From an uncultured bacterium (lineage in GTDB: Bacteria > Desulfobacterota_D > UBA1144 > Nemesobacterales > UBA2774), in assembly GCA_902826595.1 (NCBI GenBank), contig CADEFK010000001.1:11148-75147 (forward strand): 64,000 nucleotides of DNA, written 5' to 3'. The stretch's first letter is position 1, and each line of letters starts with the position of its first letter. The translations under genes were made by a program, and so were the position numbers. A model generated the notes under the pieces. The model saw only the letters and a program-made list of their open reading frames with translations, did no database searches and was not told where the DNA came from. Positions 1 to 8,680 of this stretch are shown here, in pieces.

Positions 1-2
1 TT

Positions 3-190
3 GGGGATTCGGTCACCTGTGTCGACGAGGAAGGGGTCGAGGTCGCGAGGGGTCTCACGTCATATGGTTCCGACGAAATCCGCCGAATAATGGGTATGAG
101 CACGAAGGACGTGGAGAGAGAGCTCGGATATAAATACAGCGACGAAGTCATACACAGGGACGATCTGGCGGTAATCGAGAAACGCTCTTA
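3..190 (+). CDS. proB: Glutamate 5-kinase, C-terminal PUA domain (5'-truncated by window edge)
   Basis: Frame 3 reads GDSVTCVDEEGVEVARGLTSYGSDEIRRIMGMSTKDVERELGYKYSDEVIHRDDLAVIEKRS*. This closely parallels the E. coli ProB C-terminus (GDVVRVVD..ELARGLVNYSS.E.ERI.G....EIE.VLGY....EAVHRDDLVL). Confidence 0.75.
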
Positions 191-206
191 GATTGGAAGT
201 TCTGAA

Positions 207-1208
207 ATGGGTTCCGGAAGATTAAAGATTATATCGATCGCAGTCCTGATAATCCTGATCCTGGGCGCTTCCACGCTCTTGGGTGTTTACTACTACGTCA
301 ATAATATCCCGACGGTTTCGGAAGATAGCATCGTCGATATCCCGAAGGGCAGTGGCCTGAGGAAAATATCGGCGTTACTCGAGGATGAGGGAGTAGTCGG
401 CAACCGCAGTCTCTTCATGATCTACGTTATCGTAAAGGGGTGGCAGGACAGGCTCAAAGCCGGGGAGTATGGGTTCAAACGGGGCGATACGATGGCGAAA
501 GTGGCCCTGAAACTCTCCTCGGGGGACGTTATTGTCCACAAAGTCACCGTTCCCGAGGGACTTAATGTCAGGGAGACTGCGGCGCTCCTGGGCAGAAGCG
601 GCGTGCTCGATCCGGACGAGTTCCTTACCGCCGCCCGGGACCCGAAGATACTGGATAGCCTGCCAGCACGCTCTGTAACGGGTATCGAGGGGTACCTCTT
701 CCCCGATACATATTCCTATGCCAAAGGGGTTACGGCCGCCGAATTCGTCCGGATGATGGTGAGCAGGTTCAGAACAGTATATGGCTCGCTCGGTGGTTTG
801 AAAAACAGGGTAAACCTCACCGACAACGAAATAATAACGCTTGCCTCCATTATTGAGAAGGAAACAGGCGCCCCTGCGGAGAGGCAGCTCGTTTCGGCCG
901 TTTTTCATAACCGTCTCAGGCTGGGGATGAGGCTCGAGAGCGATCCGACCGTTATTTACGGATTGGGGGAGGATTTCGACGGAAACCTCACGCGAGGGGA
1001 TTTGGATACGATGACGGAGTACAACACCTATCTGATACAAGGGCTTCCGCCGGGACCCATATCGAATCCGGGCAAGGAATCAATAATCGCGGCCTTGAAC
1101 CCGGCCCCCGTAGAATATATCTACTTCGTGTCACGCGGGGACGGAACTCATTATTTCTCGGAGAATTATAAAGACCACCAGAGGGCCGTGTCCGAATATC
1201 AGAGGTAA
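207..1208 (+). CDS. mltG: Endolytic murein transglycosylase MltG (YceG-like family)
   Basis: N-terminal membrane anchor. YceG-like fold with conserved ...YGLGEDFDGNLTRGDLD...YNTYLIQGLPPGPISNPG... block typical of MltG. Confidence 0.85.
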   Translation: MGSGRLKIISIAVLIILILGASTLLGVYYYVNNIPTVSEDSIVDIPKGSGLRKISALLEDEGVVGNRSLFMIYVIVKGWQDRLKAGEYGFKRGDTMAKVALKLSSGDVIVHKVTVPEGLNVRETAALLGRSGVLDPDEFLTAARDPKILDSLPARSVTGIEGYLFPDTYSYAKGVTAAEFVRMMVSRFRTVYGSLGGLKNRVNLTDNEIITLASIIEKETGAPAERQLVSAVFHNRLRLGMRLESDPTVIYGLGEDFDGNLTRGDLDTMTEYNTYLIQGLPPGPISNPGKESIIAALNPAPVEYIYFVSRGDGTHYFSENYKDHQRAVSEYQR

Positions 1209-1212
1209 ATAC

Positions 1213-2193
1213 TTACGCGAATACCTGTCCGAAGGGGTCGACCTGCGACTTGTCTTCGTGTATGGGGGCGAGGAGTTTTTTGTCCCGCCTCTCGATCCTG
1301 ATAGTCCCGTCCTTTCTCCGAGTGGCTATGAACTGTGTCCCGCTCGTCTCGCCCGAGATTTTCTGGAGTATCCTTGGATAATTCTTGGAACCGATGAAAA
1401 TCGAGTGTATGCAGACGCCTAATTTTTTGGCCCTCGTCCTTTCGTCGAGCACATCGCAGTCGCCCGAGGTGGGGATACCGTCAGTGATGAAGAGTATATG
1501 CTTGTTCCTGAGCCCCCGCCCCCTGAACTCCGTCAGAGCGTCCTTGAGCGCGTCTTCGTAATTGGTGTTCCCTGAGCATTCCGTCTTGGAGGCAAGCTCC
1601 AGCATCCACTGGTAGTCCCTCGTGAAGAATTTGGAGTTCCTCTTGTACTTGTAAGAGCGGTGGTTGAATTCCACGTATCCGACCCTCATCTTTTTCGACC
1701 TGGCGAGCTCTACCACGCCCCTGACGACGGACGAGGACCATTCGCTGTAAACGCCCATCATCGAGGTGCTAACGTCCCTTAGGATAGCGATCTCGCCGCC
1801 CATCATCTCCTTTTCGCGCTTATGCACCCTCGGGAGTGTGGGCGTGGTGTATTCCGACCAGAACATGGCCTCGTAGGGATCGACGTCCTCGATCTCGTCG
1901 AAATAGTTCATCCTCTTCCATTTCCTCGGCAGCCCGCCGGGGTGAGGCGCGCGGAGCGCGATACTCCTCTGGAAATTCCCTTCGAGGACCTTCATTATCA
2001 CTTTTACGTTATCGGCCGATTCGAGATTCTTTTTGCCCCCTATCCAGTAATCCTCTTCGTCGCCGGGGTCCGGGGACTTGCTGGCGAATACTTTAGTGGT
2101 CTTCGGGGGCTGTTTTTCGTTCCTCTTGCCGCCGTCGTCCGAGAGCTGGCCCTCCGGGTCAGAAGGAATATTCATATCCTCGGGCGGAGCCAT
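1213..2193 (-). CDS. von Willebrand factor type A (VWA) domain protein, ViaA/YehP-like partner of the adjacent AAA+ ATPase
   Basis: VWA/MIDAS-type block (ILRDVSTSMMG ... HILFITDGIPTSGD). ATG at 2193 is preceded by AAGGAG. Frame stays open upstream to 2469 (see findings). Confidence 0.6.
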   Translation of the reverse strand: MAPPEDMNIPSDPEGQLSDDGGKRNEKQPPKTTKVFASKSPDPGDEEDYWIGGKKNLESADNVKVIMKVLEGNFQRSIALRAPHPGGLPRKWKRMNYFDEIEDVDPYEAMFWSEYTTPTLPRVHKREKEMMGGEIAILRDVSTSMMGVYSEWSSSVVRGVVELARSKKMRVGYVEFNHRSYKYKRNSKFFTRDYQWMLELASKTECSGNTNYEDALKDALTEFRGRGLRNKHILFITDGIPTSGDCDVLDERTRAKKLGVCIHSIFIGSKNYPRILQKISGETSGTQFIATRRKDGTIRIERRDKKLLAPIHEDKSQVDPFGQVFA

Positions 2194-2360
2194 GGAGCTC
2201 TCCTTCTGGATATTTTCCTTGAGTTCTTTTAAGGCCTGAAAGAAGGTCTTGCGGGCTTCGGTGAGCTGGTCCTGGGACTCTTTTTTCCCCTGTTCGTCGG
2301 GGGAATCCTGCTTTTGCTCTTGGGGGGCGTCCTTGTCAAACTCCGAGGACTGCTGCGGCT

Positions 2361-3323
2361 CTAGCTCGCTCCCCCTGTCCCTGTCTTTTTTTTTTTGGAG
2401 GTGAGGTCCTCGATAATTTGGTCGAGCTGCAGGAACACCTCTTCCGGGATCCTGAAAACGGTCATGTATTTAAGAGCGTTCAGGTCCTGGAGCGTGCACG
2501 CGTCCCTCCCGTGGAGAAGCGCGTGCGCCCTCATTATCTTGAGAGACTTTACGAAGAACGTCCTGTCGGATATGAGGGAATTCGTTTCATTGCATCCGTA
2601 GTCTTCTATCAGCGTCGCCACGAAATTCGCGAGCCCTTCCTGGACTTCGTGAGGTATGTCGAGGCTTCCGAGCCTCTTGTAGTATTCATCGAACACTTCC
2701 CTGCTGACCCTGGCCGGCACGTGATATTCAAGCGGCCTCTGCGTGTAGAGCTTTATGACTTCCCTCGCCTGGTCCCATCTCTTCCCGTAAGACAGGCCCT
2801 GAGCGTTTATTTGGAGGACGAACCTGTCGAGGTTGGCCGGATCGAGGGGCTCGTTATAATACTCGTCCGCTGTCGGGTTGCTTGTCGCAATCGCCGTCAG
2901 AAGGGGTATTTCCTCGTCGAAGAACTTTCTTTCGTTAAGGATTCTGAGGAGCACGTTCAGCGATTCGCCCGGCGCCCTGGAAATATCGTCTAGCAGGCAT
3001 ATCTCCGCAGTCAGAATTCCGCCCTTCACTACCTTCTGTTTTATTACCTCGCCCGTGTCTGTGGTCTCTTTTGAAATTACAAGGTCTCCGATCAGCTCCG
3101 AGAGCCTCGTGTCCCTGTGGAGCTGGTAGAAGAAGAATTTAAGCTGCGCGGCCCCGGATATGATCTCGGCCAGCATGGTTTTAGCCGTTCCGGGCGGACC
3201 TTCGACGTATATGTGCTCCCTGGCTATGATACCGAGAAGGAGTGAAATCTTCACCTCCTCGTGCCCTATAACCAGCTTATCCATTTCTTCTTTCAAAGCT
3301 ATAAATGGATTCTGTGATGTCAT
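2361..3323 (-). CDS. MoxR-class AAA+ ATPase (RavA/YehL-like, AAA_5)
   Basis: Walker A GPPGTAKT and Walker B LLDDISRA. Aligns along its length with E. coli RavA AAA core (LLGPPGIAKS...VFLDEIWKA...LLTAINER...). ORF track starts at 3374 (MYNYP...), but Met18 (MTSQNPF, 3323) gives the RavA-like N-terminal length. Confidence 0.7.
   Translation of the reverse strand: MTSQNPFIALKEEMDKLVIGHEEVKISLLLGIIAREHIYVEGPPGTAKTMLAEIISGAAQLKFFFYQLHRDTRLSELIGDLVISKETTDTGEVIKQKVVKGGILTAEICLLDDISRAPGESLNVLLRILNERKFFDEEIPLLTAIATSNPTADEYYNEPLDPANLDRFVLQINAQGLSYGKRWDQAREVIKLYTQRPLEYHVPARVSREVFDEYYKRLGSLDIPHEVQEGLANFVATLIEDYGCNETNSLISDRTFFVKSLKIMRAHALLHGRDACTLQDLNALKYMTVFRIPEEVFLQLDQIIEDLTSKKKKTGTGGAS
2386..2396. repeat. 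Homopolymeric T11/A11 tract at ATPase 3' end / VWA upstream junction
   Basis: 11 consecutive T on + strand. Encodes the KKKK at the ATPase C-terminus. A second T9 tract (3382-3390) sits immediately 5' of the ATPase ORF. Confidence 0.9.
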
Positions 3324-3524
3324 TATAAGGTATTGCCTCCGTAGTAGTCCTTGAGCTATGGGATAATTGTACATAAGGGTCTTTTTTTTTGCAATAATCG
3401 CCGTTTACTCCCCATGGGTGTTCTTTATACAGGAAGTTTGTCCCGCCGCTGTTTCCGGCCGTTTTCAATAATCCGAGAAATGTGATAGGTTTCTAACCTT
3501 AAAATCTAAGGACGGGTAACATAA

Positions 3525-4877
3525 ATGCAGGAAACAATCACATCGTTCCTTTCCGAAGTAAGCGGCATAGTCTGGGGTGTACCTTTGATTACGCTGCTCC
3601 TGGGGACCGGTATCTACCTGACAATCATATTAAGAGGGATCCAGTTCCGCGCTCTCATGCCCGCCCTATATCTGGCGTTTGTAAAGCGGCACGAGGAAGG
3701 CGAAGGGGACATATCCCATTTTCAGGCCCTTATGACGGCGCTGTCCGCGACCGTGGGCGTGGGGAATATAGCCGGCGTCGCGACAGCGATCGCCGTGGGA
3801 GGGCCGGGGGCGATGTTCTGGATGTGGGTAACCGGGCTCTTGGGCATGGCCACGAAATACTCCGAGGCCGTGCTTGCCGTCAAATACAGGGAAGTCGACA
3901 AGTTCGGCACGATGAGCGGCGGCCCGATGTACTACATATCGAAAGGGCTCGGGCTCAGGTGGCTCGGAATGCTTTTTGCCGTATTCGCGGCGTTAGCCGC
4001 TTTCGGAATAGGGAACATGGTGCAGTCGAATTCCGTGGCCGACGCCATGCAGACCGCTTTCGGCGTGCCCCCCTGGATTTCCGGTCTTGTGATGTGTGTC
4101 GCCACCGGGCTCGTGATCGTAGGCGGGATCAAGAGCATAGCGAAAGCGACAAGCGCAATAGTGCCTTTCATGCTGATATTTTACGTACTCGGTGCTTCGA
4201 TAGTCCTTTTTGTTTACAGGGAGAACATACCACACGCTTTCTACCTGATTTTTTCCCACGCCTTTTCGCCTTCGGCTGCAGCGGGGGGGTTTCTAGGCTC
4301 GACGATAAGCCAGACTATCAGGATAGGGGTCGCAAGGGGCATCTTTTCTAACGAATCCGGTCTCGGCAGCTCGCCTATTGCCGCAGCCGCGGCGAAGACC
4401 CAAAACCCCGTCGGTCAGGCCCTCGTATCCATGACCCAGACATTTATCGATACGATAATTATCTGCACCTTTACCGGGATCGTGATAATTTCGAGCGGCT
4501 TCTGGACGAGCGGAGAAACCGGCGCTGCGCTCACGGCACTCGCATTTGAAAGCAGGATACCCGCGGGGGCAGGGGCGGCCATTCTCGGAATCAGCCTCGC
4601 CTTCTTCGCATACTCCACACTCCTCGGCTGGTGTTACTACGGCGAGAAGGCCATAGAATATATTTTTAAAGAGAGGGCCGTACGACCCTACAGGCTCGTA
4701 TTTACGGTGGCCGTGCTAGTGGGTGCCGTGGTGAAGCTCGAGCTCGTCTGGACATTCGCAGACGTAATGAACGGGCTCATGGCGTTCCCTAATCTCGTGG
4801 GTCTCCTGGGGTTGTCGAGAGTTGTAGTCGACGAGACTAAAAAATATCTCGACCACGAGATTGCCCGCGCAAGATAG
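3525..4877 (+). CDS. Alanine/glycine:cation symporter (AGCS family, TC 2.A.25)
   Basis: 450 aa polytopic. N-terminus [34 protein letters not shown] and overall AGCS architecture. Confidence 0.85.
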   Translation: MQETITSFLSEVSGIVWGVPLITLLLGTGIYLTIILRGIQFRALMPALYLAFVKRHEEGEGDISHFQALMTALSATVGVGNIAGVATAIAVGGPGAMFWMWVTGLLGMATKYSEAVLAVKYREVDKFGTMSGGPMYYISKGLGLRWLGMLFAVFAALAAFGIGNMVQSNSVADAMQTAFGVPPWISGLVMCVATGLVIVGGIKSIAKATSAIVPFMLIFYVLGASIVLFVYRENIPHAFYLIFSHAFSPSAAAGGFLGSTISQTIRIGVARGIFSNESGLGSSPIAAAAAKTQNPVGQALVSMTQTFIDTIIICTFTGIVIISSGFWTSGETGAALTALAFESRIPAGAGAAILGISLAFFAYSTLLGWCYYGEKAIEYIFKERAVRPYRLVFTVAVLVGAVVKLELVWTFADVMNGLMAFPNLVGLLGLSRVVVDETKKYLDHEIARAR

Positions 4878-4989
4878 AACCTTCGACACCATTCTCCGGC
4901 CGGGTGCTAAATATTACGGAAATTCCGGTTTTATCATGACTCATTTTAATACTCCAGATATTTAGCTAGAATATAGAACTCAGAATAAT

Positions 4990-5421
4990 ATGAAAGCGTT
5001 TCTTCTCGGGCTCTTAGTGACAGGAACAGCCGTTTTATTCACGGCATCGGTGGCGGATGCTGTCGTATGGCAGCCAATAGGGTTCGGTACGATGGGGGAC
5101 TCTACCAGGTTCAGGGTCTTCGTCGACACGGAAACCATACAGAGTTACGGAGGGAAGGTCCGGTTCTGGCAGGGGCACGTGTTCTATGAAAAGCAGTCTC
5201 TCCCATCCGGCGCCTCGTTCGTCCGTGTTTCTATATCGCGTGTAGTAGACTGCGATGAAAGGGCCGATTCCAATCTCGAAGCGGTATTCTACGGACCGGG
5301 AGGGGAAATCGTCGACAAATACGGGACCCGGGGCGCGATGCAGTTCAGTCCCGTAAAACCGGATACATTGAGCGAAGCGGTTTTAAATTATGTCTGTGAC
5401 TACGTAAAGAAGAACGGTTAG
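4990..5421 (+). CDS. Small secreted protein of unknown function (signal peptide), paralog of the next gene
   Basis: Signal peptide MKAFLLGLLVTGTAVLFTASVADA. Shares W..I....GD...R..V.VF[VL]DT..I....G...FW ... [VI]DC.[DE]R motif with 5431..5865. Confidence 0.5.
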   Translation: MKAFLLGLLVTGTAVLFTASVADAVVWQPIGFGTMGDSTRFRVFVDTETIQSYGGKVRFWQGHVFYEKQSLPSGASFVRVSISRVVDCDERADSNLEAVFYGPGGEIVDKYGTRGAMQFSPVKPDTLSEAVLNYVCDYVKKNG

Positions 5422-5430
5422 GAGCGATTA

Positions 5431-5865
5431 ATGGCTAAAAGGTCCGTCTTGTTTCTATTGATGCTTTTTTCAGTGTTCCTGGTGCTCGCTTCATGCCGGG
5501 GTGAAAAAACCGAACGCGACGGTTGGAAATATGTCAGTGTCATAGGCGACGAAAAGGGCAGAAAGGTAACTGTGTTCCTGGATACGAATAATATCGAGAT
5601 AGACGGGAATAAAAGGAAATTCTGGATCAAATACGTAGCCACAAAAACGGGAGAAGCGGGCAAAGAGGGGGAATATATACGTCAGACCGGCTATTGGGAG
5701 ATCGACTGCTACGACAGGTCGCTCTACAGGTTGGGGGAGGAATACTTCAGCCAGAGCGGGAAGCTCCTGGGCAAAACCGAAAAGAGGGTGCGTGAAGAAT
5801 ACAGCTCGTATTCCTCTCTCGGGGCTAAAATGTCGGACATAGCCTGCAGATACGCGGGGAAATAG
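5431..5865 (+). CDS. Small lipoprotein of unknown function, paralog of the preceding gene
   Basis: Lipobox LVLASC. Same conserved motif set as 4990..5421. Starts 10 nt after the previous stop. Confidence 0.5.
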   Translation: MAKRSVLFLLMLFSVFLVLASCRGEKTERDGWKYVSVIGDEKGRKVTVFLDTNNIEIDGNKRKFWIKYVATKTGEAGKEGEYIRQTGYWEIDCYDRSLYRLGEEYFSQSGKLLGKTEKRVREEYSSYSSLGAKMSDIACRYAGK

Positions 5866-5949
5866 CGGGCATTAAGCGCCATATCATCTTAATCCATCAA
5901 TACCATCCCGGTTAATGCCTGTTTGACTAAATTGCCCGAAATCGCATCC

Positions 5950-6180
5950 TCAATGCTTCACGTCGCTCGGCAAGAGCACCATTTCCCATATCGAGATCAT
6001 TACTTCCTCTTTTTCCGTTAGCTCCGGCTTCTTTCCGGTCATCATCTCCCTGGCGTACCTGTTGGCGAACTCGTTCAGGTCGCTTATACTGAGCTCAAGC
6101 TCTTCCGGGTTATCGTAAAGCATGACCCGGAATCCGGTCTCTGTCTGTGTCGCTGTGAATCCGTTTAGTTCTCTATTCAT
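5950..6180 (-). CDS. Hypothetical small protein (76 aa)
   Basis: ORF with GGAG 8 nt upstream of ATG. No recognisable domain. Lies in a lower-GC stretch. Confidence 0.3.
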   Translation of the reverse strand: MNRELNGFTATQTETGFRVMLYDNPEELELSISDLNEFANRYAREMMTGKKPELTEKEEVMISIWEMVLLPSDVKH

Positions 6181-6431
6181 TCTTTATCTCCGGTTTGTAT
6201 CCTGCGTATCCGCTTTAATGAAAATATAGTCACGGGATTGTTGTTTTAAAGGGGTGAATTTCAGAATGCCGTCAGGCGCCGCCTCCCCCGCGAATCGTTC
6301 TTCTGCAAGCCTGTCTAACCGACTGATATCAGGCGAGTTTTATATCTACTTTTGCGTTCGTTGCGAGGAGGCCGCATCCCCTCCGCTGCCGGAATAATGT
6401 AAAATTAATAATATCGGATTCGGGAGTAGAA

Positions 6432-6710
6432 ATGGGCGGCACTTACCTCGAGGGAGAAAAGGCGCTTGAGCGGCTGGGAGACCTGACCGAGCTTATCTGC
6501 AGGATTGCCGAGGGCGGCGGTATCGGTCAGGAGGACGAAACGCTCCTCGAAGAGCTCCTCCGGGGAATGGGCTCAGCCCTGAGGGATAGGGACCTTCCGA
6601 GGGCGAAGAAGCTCGTGATGCGGATGCTTTCGGATGTACTCGGATACGATCAGGTCCGCGCCAGATTCGTCATGCAGAACCACCTGAATAAGAACGCCGG
6701 ATGGGATTAA
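6432..6710 (+). CDS. Hypothetical small acidic protein (92 aa)
   Basis: ORF preceded by GGGAG. No recognisable domain. Confidence 0.3.
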   Translation: MGGTYLEGEKALERLGDLTELICRIAEGGGIGQEDETLLEELLRGMGSALRDRDLPRAKKLVMRMLSDVLGYDQVRARFVMQNHLNKNAGWD

Positions 6711-6736
6711 AGCATTTCCGGCTGGCCGCCCGCCCG

Positions 6737-6862
6737 TCATCTTCGATGAGATGTCCCTTTGGTATCCTGGCCCTGGTTCGTTACGACAAAGAGCTGGAAT
6801 CCGCTCTCCGTCAATATCCTGAGCGCTTCGATATAGCTTTCCGGGATGAAGAAGTCTTCCAC
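6737..6862 (-). pseudogene. Possible 5'-truncated remnant of a HAD-superfamily phosphatase (GmhB/HisB-N-like motif region)
   Basis: Minus-strand frame reads VEDFFIPESYIEALRILTESGFQLFVVTNQGQDTKGTSHRR*. This resembles HAD motif-II region (..G.rlvvvTNQsG..) but lacks the N-terminal DxD motif and any ATG. Confidence 0.25.
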
Positions 6863-6881
6863 AATATATAAAACCGGAATT

Positions 6882-7115
6882 TTATTTGGACGGGGTCTTG
6901 AAATACTTGTCTCTGGCTTCCTTTGGGAGGTGTTTCTTTAGATACTCCGTTACCGCTTCCCTCACGATCTGCGCGGGCCTCATCTGGAGGTGCCACTGAG
7001 ACTCATTCAGCATGTCCACGAACTCCTGCGAGGCTTTGACGTAGATAGCTTTTTCCAGGGGTTCTTTCTTAGTTTTCTCTTTCTTTCTTGTAACCATATT
7101 GTAAATATATAACAT
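6882..7115 (-). CDS. Ribbon-helix-helix (CopG/Arc/MetJ-like) DNA-binding protein
   Basis: Lys-rich N-terminus, then predicted beta-strand KAIYVKASQEFVDML and two helices (RPAQIVREAVTEYLKKHL). This is RHH-like topology. No cognate toxin ORF adjacent. Confidence 0.4.
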   Translation of the reverse strand: MLYIYNMVTRKKEKTKKEPLEKAIYVKASQEFVDMLNESQWHLQMRPAQIVREAVTEYLKKHLPKEARDKYFKTPSK

Positions 7116-7468
7116 AGGCGAGATATAAAATGAATAGACGATTTTTTTGCCGCATCCTTACTCCGTTCTGAATCAAATGCAGGCGAAGAATCCGCATGAG
7201 AAAATATGTAGTGTTCTATGTGCATTATCCTGTTACGTCCTGAGCGCAGGAACCCCCGGGATTCTTGGCCCAGGAACCCTGTTTACTTTTTTCCCGTTTC
7301 TCTTCGGCCGATGCCTTGAGTAAGTTCTTAATATAATATCAGGCGAAAGGCGTCCGATCCGGTACACTTATTTACCTTGTACCGGTCGTCTGCCGGACCG
7401 GTCGGAGGACCGCATAGGACGGTATGACGACTGAATGAATAGAAGGGTAGCTAGAGAGGGAACACGCA

Positions 7469-8557
7469 ATGAAGTGGTCTTGGAAGATAGGTGAGTTCGC
7501 GGGCATCGGAGTTTATATGCACGCGACGTTTTTACTTATTATCGCCTGGGTCGTACTTATACACTGGAGCGAGGGGCACGACCTTGCGACAATAGTATCG
7601 GGGGTCGTGTTCGTCCTGGCCCTGTTCCTCTGCGTCGTGCTGCACGAATTCGGACATGCCCTCACCGCCATGAGATACGGTATAAAGACCCGCGATATTA
7701 CCCTCCTGCCCATAGGCGGGGTCGCCCGTCTCGAGCGCATGCCCGATGACCCGATGCAGGAGTTCTGGGTGGCTCTTGCAGGACCCGCGGTGACCGCGGT
7801 TATAGCGCTGATTCTGTTTTTCTGGCTCCAGATAACGAACGGCTATGTGCCCGTCGACACTATCACCATGACTCAGGGCTCTTTTATCGAGCGCCTCATG
7901 CTGGTGAACGTATTCCTCCTCGTATTCAATTTGATCCCCGCATTCCCCATGGACGGCGGCAGGGTGCTGAGGGCGATCCTCGCGCACCGCGGCGATTATA
8001 CGAAGGCCACTCAGACGGCGGCAAATATAGGGCAGGCGATCGCCCTTATCTTCGGCTTTATAGGTCTCTTCACGAATCCGTTCCTCATCTTCATTGCGCT
8101 CTTCGTCTGGATAGGCGCCGCCCAGGAAGCGAGCATGGTAAAGATAAAGTCCGCCCTCGGCGGAATTCCCGTTTATAAGGCTATGCTCTCGGATTACAAA
8201 ACTGCGGCCCCCGGGGACAAGCTCAGGTATCTCGTCGATCTGACCATGTCGGGCTCCCAGCAGGATTTTCCCGTCGTAGATAACGGCAGGGTCGTAGGCG
8301 TCGTCCCGCACTCGGACCTTGTCAAGGGACTTGCGGAAAAGGGCGACTCTGTTTCAGTGGGAGAGATAATGAGGCGTGAATTCGAGGTCGTCGACCCCGG
8401 AGAGATGCTCGAATACGCGTTCGAGAGGCTCCAGACGGCTGATTTCTATACGATGCCCGTCGTCAAGAACGGGAACCTCGTCGGTCTCCTGACCATGGAC
8501 AACGTGGGGGAATTCATGAGGATACAGTCAGCCATGTCCGGCGCACGCACACGGTAA
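7469..8557 (+). CDS. Site-2 protease family (M50) zinc metalloprotease with C-terminal CBS domain pair
   Basis: HEFGHAL (HExxH) in TM helix. LIPAFPMDGG (LDG motif). C-terminal tandem CBS-like segments (..VVDNGRVVGVV.. / ..PVVKNGNLVGLLT..). Confidence 0.8.
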   Translation: MKWSWKIGEFAGIGVYMHATFLLIIAWVVLIHWSEGHDLATIVSGVVFVLALFLCVVLHEFGHALTAMRYGIKTRDITLLPIGGVARLERMPDDPMQEFWVALAGPAVTAVIALILFFWLQITNGYVPVDTITMTQGSFIERLMLVNVFLLVFNLIPAFPMDGGRVLRAILAHRGDYTKATQTAANIGQAIALIFGFIGLFTNPFLIFIALFVWIGAAQEASMVKIKSALGGIPVYKAMLSDYKTAAPGDKLRYLVDLTMSGSQQDFPVVDNGRVVGVVPHSDLVKGLAEKGDSVSVGEIMRREFEVVDPGEMLEYAFERLQTADFYTMPVVKNGNLVGLLTMDNVGEFMRIQSAMSGARTR

Positions 8558-8680
8558 TACGAAAAGCAGGAATTATAAAATCGCTCAATCGCGCTGACCT
8601 CATTCAATAACAGCGTTAGTAAGGTGGTACTATATCCGGGGTGAAGGGAAACCCCTTAGGTCGAGAATATTGGTGCGGAC

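Noticed and set aside
2194-2360. Considered whether 2194-2360 encodes the true N-terminus of the VWA protein
   Set aside because: The frame is open but contains no ATG, GTG or TTG start before the stop at 2470-2472, and the ATG at 2193 has a strong AAGGAG SD. Kept as a two-gene model, but flagged in findings because of the A11 tract.
6811-7225. Track ORFs 6811..6996 (-) and 7007..7225 (-)
   Set aside because: They overlap the RHH gene out of frame or lie in AT-rich non-coding DNA. Translations are Ser/Lys/Arg-rich with no motifs. The 6811..6996 frame partly covers the HAD-remnant region in another frame.
8558-8680. Looked for CueR/CsoR/CopY operators upstream of copA
   Set aside because: Only a short AAGGG-N4-CCCTT hairpin was found. 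There is no extended dyad resembling known copper-regulator boxes.
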